Under the pieces are notes generated by a model. That model saw only the letters and a program-made list of their open reading frames with translations. It was not told where the DNA came from and searched no databases. Source: Chlorobiota bacterium (GTDB taxonomy: Bacteria; Bacteroidota; Ignavibacteria; Kapaibacteriales; UBA2268). Taken from it: a stretch of DNA of 50,632 nucleotides. Position 1 is the first letter of the stretch. Every line of letters starts with the position of its first letter. The stretch covers positions 1-50,632 of the forward strand of contig JBFHKR010000003.1 in the NCBI GenBank assembly GCA_041595255.1, given 5' to 3'. Positions 32,049-39,379 of this stretch are shown piece by piece. Position numbers and translations under genes: made by a program.

Positions 32049-32131
32049 AAAAAAAAACGCCCCAAACCGAAGTTCAGGGCGCGTTTCAACAGGAGGACCT
32101 ATGAAATATAGGGGTTGTACTTCTCAGTACA
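32049..32131 (-). ncRNA. Putative trans-acting small RNA (~83 nt) with anti-SD core and intrinsic terminator
   Basis: Minus strand reads: UGUACU-GAGA-AGUACA hairpin, CCUAU-AUUUC-AUAGG hairpin, UCCUCCUGUU, then GCGCCCUGAAC-UUCG-GUUUGGGGCGU running into U9. A CGTCTA -10-like element lies just upstream. Confidence 0.65.
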
Positions 32132-32137
32132 TATATA

Positions 32138-32166
32138 TAGACGCATCTATATTGAGTTTAATTGTA
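32138..32166 (-). promoter_or_regulatory. ECF-type promoter of the putative sRNA (TACAAT-N17-CGTCTA)
   Basis: Canonical ECF -10 CGTCTA 6 nt before the 5' hairpin. The -35 is only a loose match to TGCAAC/TGTAAC; an A-tract lies upstream. Confidence 0.5.
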
Positions 32167-32192
32167 TGAAATTTAATTTTTTTTTAATTTTT

Positions 32193-32212
32193 TATGTCAA
32201 ATAAATGACATA
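32193..32212. promoter_or_regulatory. Perfect 7-6-7 palindrome TATGTCA-N6-TGACATA, candidate operator with CRP/FNR-family-like geometry
   Basis: Exact inverted repeat centred about 71.5 nt upstream of the inferred sRNA 5' end. Confidence 0.5.
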
Positions 32213-32260
32213 TTATAAACAATTTTTCAAATAGCCTTAAAATAAAGAACATAGGGTAAA

Positions 32261-33022
32261 TTACTTTACTGAAAACGACGCTGTAATTACAGCTTTTATT
32301 GTTTTTAATCGCGATTGGGTATCGAAACTACCATAATCAGACACTTCTGTAGAGTTTCTAGAAGTAATCTGGAATACACCCTGAGATGCACTTTGCAAAG
32401 TGCCTACTTCGCTATCAGTATTACCCGCTAATTTTTCAGCTCTTTCATATGCGTTTTTACTCGCTTCACCTAGCATTTCCAATTTCAAATCTTCTATTTT
32501 AGTATAAAAATATTGTGGCTCGAATGAGCTAATATTTACCCCTTGTTGAATCAAATCAGTAGCTTTTTGAGATATTTCTTCTACTTTATCCAAATTTTTA
32601 GATTGAAAAGAAATATTCATTGTCAATTCATAGCCTTCTAACTGATTAGTTTCACCATACCCATTGTCTTTTTGCTGATAAATCTCACGAGTATAAACTG
32701 CACTCAACTTTATATCTTTTTCTGATATACCGTTATCGCGTAGATATTTCATTGTTCTTGCTTTGAAATCATTTATTTGTGCATAGGCAGATGTCAAATC
32801 AGAAGACCTAGCTTTAAGTAGCGACATCCATTGTCCTAAATCTGATTCTATATCTTTTTGAGCATATCCCTTTACTTCAATAGAGTTTCTATGTGCGTTG
32901 TCTATGCGTTTCGCTTCTGTGAAATACCACCCAAGTAGCCATGCTCCTATTATTATTCCTACTGCAAGAAATAGACCTAGACCTGCAGCATTACTACCTT
33001 TCGAAATGTTTTTATTTTCCAT
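32261..33022 (-). CDS. SIMPL (DUF541) domain protein
   Basis: N-terminal TM, IEVKGYAQKDI.SD, YFYTKIEDLKLEML..A..NAYERA and GVFQIT motifs. Confidence 0.88.
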   Translation of the reverse strand: MENKNISKGSNAAGLGLFLAVGIIIGAWLLGWYFTEAKRIDNAHRNSIEVKGYAQKDIESDLGQWMSLLKARSSDLTSAYAQINDFKARTMKYLRDNGISEKDIKLSAVYTREIYQQKDNGYGETNQLEGYELTMNISFQSKNLDKVEEISQKATDLIQQGVNISSFEPQYFYTKIEDLKLEMLGEASKNAYERAEKLAGNTDSEVGTLQSASQGVFQITSRNSTEVSDYGSFDTQSRLKTIKAVITASFSVK

Positions 33023-33257
33023 TTTTTTATCCTGTTTAGTTTTATGGAAACTAATACGATTTTTAAGTTTTATTTGTTCGATAAATATTACAATTTCTTC
33101 TACATTAAAACTATTAAACTTTTATTAATAATTAGAATAAATTACTTAATATAATGCTTAGAAATATTCTATTTTAAATACTATCCATAGCAATACTTTG
33201 ATGAGTAAAAGCGTTTAGTCATTATTAATAATTAAGATTTTAAAATCAAATTTTATA

Positions 33258-34391
33258 ATGTTAAAACAAATACTGAAAATGATAGGATTGATTATTGGTT
33301 CTTTAGTAGTACTCATCGTAGTTGCAGGTGTGTTATTTCTAAATTTTAGTCCAGAGTTTGGAGGAAAGGCCTCAGATGAACAGTTAGAACAATACGGCAA
33401 ATCTGCGAATTTTAAAATTGACAAGTTTGTTAATAAGGAAGAAGTGAAACTCAGCTTTACGGCAGGACAATATGTAGAGATGATATTCAAATTCTTTGGC
33501 ACTCAGCCAAATGCAGTTCCAGATAAATCAATTCCAGTAATAAGCTTCGACTCTACTGAGATAGCCGTCTATGACTCGGATATTCCGAGATTAATATGGT
33601 TTGGACATTCAGCATTCTTACTACAAATTAGCGGGAAGAATATACTTATAGATCCTATGTTTGGTGATGTACCAGCTCCTCATCCATGGCTCGGTAAAAG
33701 CCGATTTAGTAAATCGTTACCAATCGAAATCGAAAAGCTACCATATATAGATGTCGTAATTCTATCACATGATCACTATGACCATCTCGATTATGGTTCC
33801 ATTAATAGACTGGCATCTAAAGTTAAGCAATTCTACACCCCATTAGGAGTTGGCAACCATCTTACTGCATGGGGAATAGATGCAAACAAAGTAAAAGAAC
33901 TAGATTGGTGGGACAAAGTTAATCTAGGCGAATTCACTTTCGTTTGTACTCCAGCCCAGCATTTTTCGGGGAGAGGGATTAGTGACAATGCTGCAACACT
34001 ATGGGCATCATGGGTGATCAAATCCGAAAATCATTCTATATTTTTTAGTGGGGACTCTGGTTACAATACCCACTTCAAGGAAATAGGGGAGAAGTATGGG
34101 CCTTTTGATATAGCTATGATAGAGTGTGGACAGTATAATGAGCAGTGGAAACAGATACATATGATGCCAGAAGAGACAGTATTAACCGGAATAGACTTAA
34201 AAGCAGAACTAATAATGCCAATTCATTGGGCAGCATTCAAGTTGGCTTTTCACACCTGGACTGATCCGATAGAAAGAGTAACTAAGAAAGCTAAGGAAAT
34301 GAACTTACCTATTACTACACCGATGATAGGTGAGCCAATAATATTAGATAAACAAAAAGTTTTTCCTAATAGCGAATGGTGGACTCGATAG
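33258..34391 (+). CDS. MBL-fold metallo-hydrolase (RomA/NAPE-PLD-like)
   Basis: WFGHS, SHDHYDHLD, PAQHFSGR, FFSGDSGY and PIHW motifs; N-terminal anchor. Confidence 0.92.
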   Translation: MLKQILKMIGLIIGSLVVLIVVAGVLFLNFSPEFGGKASDEQLEQYGKSANFKIDKFVNKEEVKLSFTAGQYVEMIFKFFGTQPNAVPDKSIPVISFDSTEIAVYDSDIPRLIWFGHSAFLLQISGKNILIDPMFGDVPAPHPWLGKSRFSKSLPIEIEKLPYIDVVILSHDHYDHLDYGSINRLASKVKQFYTPLGVGNHLTAWGIDANKVKELDWWDKVNLGEFTFVCTPAQHFSGRGISDNAATLWASWVIKSENHSIFFSGDSGYNTHFKEIGEKYGPFDIAMIECGQYNEQWKQIHMMPEETVLTGIDLKAELIMPIHWAAFKLAFHTWTDPIERVTKKAKEMNLPITTPMIGEPIILDKQKVFPNSEWWTR

Positions 34392-34443
34392 TTTATATTA
34401 TTTTAAGACTTGGATATTCTATTACTTTGCTTATATTTAACAG

Positions 34444-35718
34444 ATGAAAACAATTCTTATTTCTATATTATATATTCTTTCTTTGAATATAACTTATGCC
34501 TCTAATGAGATACTCTATGCCTCTATAGATGAGGGTATAGGGAGTTTTACAGCGGAGTATATCTCGACATTAGTCGAAGAAGCCGAAGATGGAAATTACG
34601 AAGCACTAATAATAACGCTAAATACTCCTGGTGGTTTACTCGATGCTACTAGGGATATAGTAAGTACATTCCTCGAATCGAGAGTACCGATTATAGTATA
34701 TGTGGCACCAGGTGGTGCAAGAGCAGGTTCTGCTGGTGTTTTCATCACATTGTCCGCTAATATTGCGGCTATGGCTCCTGGTACTAATATAGGTGCCGCT
34801 CACCCTGTCGGAGTAGGTGGGGAGTCAGGAGATAGCTCGGATGTTATGACTCAAAAAGTTACAAATGACGCTGCCGCTCTTATACGTTCTATCGCTAAGA
34901 AAAGAAAAAAGAATCAGGACTATGCGGAGCTAACAGTACGCCAATCGCTCTCTTACTCCGAGACGGAAGCTCTAGATAGCAACCTGATAGACCTAATAGC
35001 AAAAAATAGAAATGCTTTGCTAAAGGCAATTCATGGTATGCAAGTAGAGACAACGAATGGGCTAAAAACGTTAAATACGAAGAATGCTAAAATAATAGTT
35101 AGAGACAAAGATTGGAAAGAGGAACTACTTAGTTTTCTATCTGACCCTAATATTGCCTACATATTTATACTATTAACTATGTATGGTATTATGATAGAGT
35201 TATACAACCCAGGTGCTATTTTCCCTGGAGTAATTGGAGTTATGTCTGCTATTCTTGCAGGATTCTCATTACAAATGTTGCCTGTTAATTATGCAGGATT
35301 GGCACTTATGATAGTTGGTATCGTATTATTCATATTGGAAGTGAAAATTGTTTCTTTTGGTATGTTGACTATTGGGGGGCTCATTGCCTTTGTACTAGGT
35401 TCTATTATGTTAATTGATTCACCAGGTGATTTTATGCAAATTGGATTCGAAATTATTTTGGCTGCTACACTACTGACAGCCGGGCTATTCATAGGAATAG
35501 TAATGCTTGCAGTTAAGTCACAGAAAAAGAAAGTCGCCTCGGGGATTAGTACTCTCGTGGATAAAGAAGCAGTGGTAATAAACGAGATTACTCCTGAAAA
35601 AATGGGACAAGTAAAGGTAAGTGGTGAGATTTGGAGAGCTAAATCAAGTAGTTCACACCAGAAAAAAGATAGAGTTATAGTCAAATCAGTTGATGGTCTG
35701 ACTTTAGAAGTTGAATAG
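34444..35718 (+). CDS. nfeD: NfeD long form (ClpP-class serine protease, membrane domain, OB fold)
   Basis: LNTPGG, ARAGSAG (Ser), GTNIGAAHPV, KVTND (Lys), TM bundle and GQVKVSGEIWRA. Confidence 0.93.
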   Translation: MKTILISILYILSLNITYASNEILYASIDEGIGSFTAEYISTLVEEAEDGNYEALIITLNTPGGLLDATRDIVSTFLESRVPIIVYVAPGGARAGSAGVFITLSANIAAMAPGTNIGAAHPVGVGGESGDSSDVMTQKVTNDAAALIRSIAKKRKKNQDYAELTVRQSLSYSETEALDSNLIDLIAKNRNALLKAIHGMQVETTNGLKTLNTKNAKIIVRDKDWKEELLSFLSDPNIAYIFILLTMYGIMIELYNPGAIFPGVIGVMSAILAGFSLQMLPVNYAGLALMIVGIVLFILEVKIVSFGMLTIGGLIAFVLGSIMLIDSPGDFMQIGFEIILAATLLTAGLFIGIVMLAVKSQKKKVASGISTLVDKEAVVINEITPEKMGQVKVSGEIWRAKSSSSHQKKDRVIVKSVDGLTLEVE

Positions 35719-35747
35719 TATTGTTAAATAATTAATTAGAGGTCATA

Positions 35748-36560
35748 ATGGGTATTCCATTTATAGTAGTTCTATTTATTGGAGCGTTCTTATTTTTCTC
35801 CATGATCAAAGTACTTAATGAGTACGAACGTGGAGTTATATTCAGATTAGGTAAGCTGCAAGGGGTAAAAGGACCAGGTCTTATTATCCTAATTCCATTC
35901 ATAGATAAGATCATGAAAATCAGTTTGCGAACAGTCGTTCTCGACGTAGAATCACAAGATATAATAACAAGGGACAATGTATCGCTCAAAGTGAACGCTG
36001 TCCTTTATTTCAAAGTTGTTGCTCCTGATAAAGCAGTAATTGAAGTAGAAAACTACTTATATGCTACTAATCAATTAGCACAAACTACATTGCGTAGTAT
36101 AATCGGTCAATCGGAGCTGGACGAAGTGCTAGCAGAGAGAGATAAAATAAACGAAAAACTACAAGTGATTATCGATGAAGAAACCGAAAACTGGGGTATC
36201 AAAGTTACAGCAGTAGAAGTAAAACAAGTCGATTTACCATTAGAAATGCAACGTGCTATGGCGAAACAAGCAGAAGCGGAAAGAGAGAGACGTGCAAAAG
36301 TAATCAATGCAGAAGGTGAGTTCCAAGCGGCTCAGAAATAAACTGATGCAGCAAAGCAAATGCAAGATTACCCGATATCTTTACAGCTTCGTTATTTACA
36401 AACCCTAGGTGATATAGCAACTGAGAACAATTCGACAACTATATTCCCAATTCCAATTGATTTATTCAAACCATTTATAGATGGAATGAATAAAACAAAC
36501 TCAGAGAATGTAAGCAAAGTAGAAGCACAGATAAAAGACTATGGCGAATCGAAAAGTTAG
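35748..36560 (+). pseudogene. Stomatin/slipin (SPFH) gene interrupted by an in-frame TAA at 36339-36341
   Basis: [11 protein letters not shown]...[27 protein letters not shown], then TAA, then the same frame continues TDAAKQMQDYPISLQLRYLQTL...STTIFPIPIDL, the conserved slipin C-terminus. Confidence 0.8.
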
Positions 36561-36588
36561 GCTTTGAATATGAAATAGTGAGAAATTG

Positions 36589-36622
36589 AAAAGCTGCTCT
36601 CAAAAGGGCAGCTTTTTTTTTT
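36589..36622 (+). terminator. Intrinsic terminator after nfeD-stomatin
   Basis: AAAAGCTGCTCT-CAAA-AGGGCAGCTTTT hairpin followed by a long T-run. Confidence 0.85.
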
Positions 36623-36656
36623 GATTTGAACTGAATTCAAAGGACTTTGTCGATAT

Positions 36657-36871
36657 GTAGAGAAGTATTGCATACGTCTCTGAACACCCTATTAATACTG
36701 CCCTATGACTAAAGGTTTGTGGCTGCCACGCGTTGGGCGTAGGCAATCTCTTTTTGTAAGAATCATAATTTACAGAAATCGAATGAATTTATACTGTGTT
36801 TATTAATATTGAACACCCCGTCTCACGCCTAAGGCGTGATCCACCCCTCTTTCGCTACGCTTAAAGAGGGG
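36657..36871. repeat. Cluster of GC-rich REP/MITE-like hairpins
   Basis: GTAGAGAaGTAT-TGC-ATACgTCTCT (36657-36681); TGCCACGC-N5-GCGTaGGCA (36724-36745); TCACGCC-TAA-GGCGTGA (36823-36839); CCCCTCTTT-N10-AAAGAGGGG (36844-36871). Confidence 0.6.
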
Positions 36872-36905
36872 AATCTCTGGTTATCACGTAAAATGTTATA
36901 GGATT

Positions 36906-37535
36906 CTATTCATGATTTTTGATAATCTTGTCTATATTGAGTTTATAAATACTAGAATTCATAGGAGTTCTTAATTTACTAGATTCAACCCACAAATATA
37001 ATTCATTTGAATAAGTTAAATAATATTCAATACGTATTTCACCTAATTCATCTAAACTTATACTATATTCTTTATCATCTTTTTTAATCTCCAAATCATA
37101 AAATCTTTTTTCAAAATGTATTGGCCCAGTATGATCAATATCTATATTAATCTCATAAGCTGACTTCATATTGAAAGCTTTTGGCCAAATAGTACGGTTT
37201 GCAAATTTATGAAATTTTTCACTCCAAGTTATATCTCTTGAAGTCAATGAATCATCTATAAATTTATATTCAACTAGGTTACCTGACTCTCTATCAAATC
37301 TAAATATATTCTCAAAATATGTATGATTTAGGTTATCAAAATCATATTCCATTGTATAGTGTGTCAATATTAAATAATCATTCTCTATTAAAAGACCATC
37401 ACGATATTCAGCATAAAAATCAAATTTATATACCCAATCTATATCAGATTTTGTTAAATCAATATTAGTTGTTGAACAACTCAAACATAAAGCTAATACT
37501 AAATACATTAATAATCTATAAATCATAACCTTCAC
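36906..37535 (-). CDS. Hypothetical lipoprotein
   Basis: Hydrophobic N-terminus with CLSC lipobox; very AT-rich; overlaps or abuts the fic stop. Confidence 0.65.
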   Translation of the reverse strand: MKVMIYRLLMYLVLALCLSCSTTNIDLTKSDIDWVYKFDFYAEYRDGLLIENDYLILTHYTMEYDFDNLNHTYFENIFRFDRESGNLVEYKFIDDSLTSRDITWSEKFHKFANRTIWPKAFNMKSAYEINIDIDHTGPIHFEKRFYDLEIKKDDKEYSISLDELGEIRIEYYLTYSNELYLWVESSKLRTPMNSSIYKLNIDKIIKNHE

Positions 37536-38311
37536 TTTTCCTGTACCTCCACCGAATCAACTAACATATTTAAGAATGGTAAACATCTATCATAATCAAG
37601 CTCATAATAGTTTACTCCCAAATTAATATTATCATAGTAATTCGATTGGTATTCTTTGTAGTATTTCTCAGATTGTATGCCCCAAGCCATTTCGCCTATA
37701 TTCTGAGCTAAAAACCATTTTTCAAGCAATCTTGCGGCTCTACCATTTCCATCGGAGAATGGATGAATATGAACAAACACCAAATCTATCATAGAAGCAT
37801 GATAGAAAATTTCTTCAATTGTCAAGTCCAATATAAGAAGCTCAGAAATATCATCGAAGAACTCGTGCATTTTAGCCGGTACAAACTCCGGTTCTAATGC
37901 CAAATAAACAAGCCCATCAGAGTCGAAAACGCCCATCTTTTCATTTCTATATTCACCTTGTTTACTTTTGATTAGTAGGTTCTGAGCTAGTAATCTATGA
38001 GCGGCAAGAAAATTGTCTTGATTGAGCTTATTTGATTTTGCATACTGATAAGCTGCCACCAAATCATCAATCTCGTCCAGATCCTTATCTGGTTTAAATC
38101 TCTTTTTACTCAACTGCGAATTCATATAAGAGTTGAGGTCTATACTATTACCTTCTATATTAGACGAGAAAACCGCCGATGCTTGTATCCTATAACCCAA
38201 GTCAATATCGGAAGTGTTTGAATTTAATTCATTGATAATAGATTTCAAGTCTATACTTAGACATTTAGAATATTCATCAATATATTTTCTATTCGAAGGT
38301 ATCATAAACAC
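37532..38311 (-). CDS. Fic-domain protein (class II, N-terminal inhibitory motif)
   Basis: Canonical HPFSDGNGRAAR active-site motif and SSNIEGN inhibitory motif. Confidence 0.93.
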   Translation of the reverse strand: MFMIPSNRKYIDEYSKCLSIDLKSIINELNSNTSDIDLGYRIQASAVFSSNIEGNSIDLNSYMNSQLSKKRFKPDKDLDEIDDLVAAYQYAKSNKLNQDNFLAAHRLLAQNLLIKSKQGEYRNEKMGVFDSDGLVYLALEPEFVPAKMHEFFDDISELLILDLTIEEIFYHASMIDLVFVHIHPFSDGNGRAARLLEKWFLAQNIGEMAWGIQSEKYYKEYQSNYYDNINLGVNYYELDYDRCLPFLNMLVDSVEVQEK

Positions 38312-38416
38312 AATATAAGTTTTTTATATCAAAACTTACTCACCAATTTGCCCTTATATAATGCTAGGAATTAATTAAATTGCAAGATATAATTTAAACT
38401 AGGAAAAATTAATTTT

Positions 38417-39379
38417 ATGAAAAGAATATTAGTAACAGGAGCTTACGGTCAAATAGGAACCGAATTGGTAAACGAATTAAGAAAGAGATATGGTGGCGAA
38501 AATGTCATAGCTACAGATGTTAGAGACAATGCACCTTCTTTGATTGCAGACAACGGACCTAATGAAGTTCTTAATATAATGGACAAAACAGCTATAGATA
38601 GTGTGGTTGACAAATACAATATAGACACTATATTTCACATGGCGGCTTTGCTATCAGCTACTGGTGAGAAAGATCCTTTCCTTTGTTGGGATATAAATAT
38701 GAATGGTACTATCAATATCATCAAAACAACTATCGAGAAAAAAATCAAGAAAATATTCGTACCTAGCTCTATTGCTGTATGGGGACCGGGCGTAGAGACT
38801 ATCAATACTCCTCAAGAATCAGTATTACAACCGACCACTATGTACGGCGTGACTAAAGTTAGTGGCGAAATACTAAGCGACTATTTTGTTAAAAAGCAAG
38901 GGCTAGATATCCGTGGGCTTCGTTACCCAGGTATTATCTCATCAGAGACTTTACCGGGTGGCGGTACTACTGACTATGCCGTAGAGATATTCTATGAAGC
39001 AGTGAAACATCAGAAATATGATTGCTTCTTGAAGGAAGACGCTACTTTGCCAATGATGTATATGCCAGATTGTATAAAAGCTACTATAGATTTAATGGAA
39101 GCTGATTTTGATAGATTAAAGCATCATTCTAATTTCAATGTGGCTGCGGCAAGTTTCTCACCGGCTGAGTTAGCTGCAGAGATTAAAAAGCATATTCCAA
39201 ATTTTGAGATTACATACACTCCTGACTCCAGACAAAAGATAGCTGAATCGTGGCCACAGGTAATAGACGATAGCGCAGCTCGTGCAGAGTGGGATTGGTC
39301 ACATGAGTTTGATTTGGAAAAAATGACTAAAAATATGGTTGAAGTATTAACAGAAAAACATAAAAATGGCTTGATTTGA
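38417..39379 (+). CDS. tdh: SDR-type L-threonine 3-dehydrogenase (NAD-dependent epimerase/dehydratase fold)
   Basis: TGAYGQIG, LLSATGE, PSSIAVWG, TMYGVTK, GGGTTDYAV and LPMMYMPD match the GalE-like TDH subfamily. Confidence 0.85.
   Translation: MKRILVTGAYGQIGTELVNELRKRYGGENVIATDVRDNAPSLIADNGPNEVLNIMDKTAIDSVVDKYNIDTIFHMAALLSATGEKDPFLCWDINMNGTINIIKTTIEKKIKKIFVPSSIAVWGPGVETINTPQESVLQPTTMYGVTKVSGEILSDYFVKKQGLDIRGLRYPGIISSETLPGGGTTDYAVEIFYEAVKHQKYDCFLKEDATLPMMYMPDCIKATIDLMEADFDRLKHHSNFNVAAASFSPAELAAEIKKHIPNFEITYTPDSRQKIAESWPQVIDDSAARAEWDWSHEFDLEKMTKNMVEVLTEKHKNGLI

Noticed and set aside
36339-36341. Stop-codon reassignment or Sec/Pyl recoding
   Set aside because: The codon is TAA, which terminates many clear genes here (metK, pgi, rho, serA); Sec and Pyl use TGA and TAG.
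36657-36871. CRISPR array or integron attC sites
   Set aside because: The hairpins are dissimilar, not regularly spaced, and no cas or intI gene is present.
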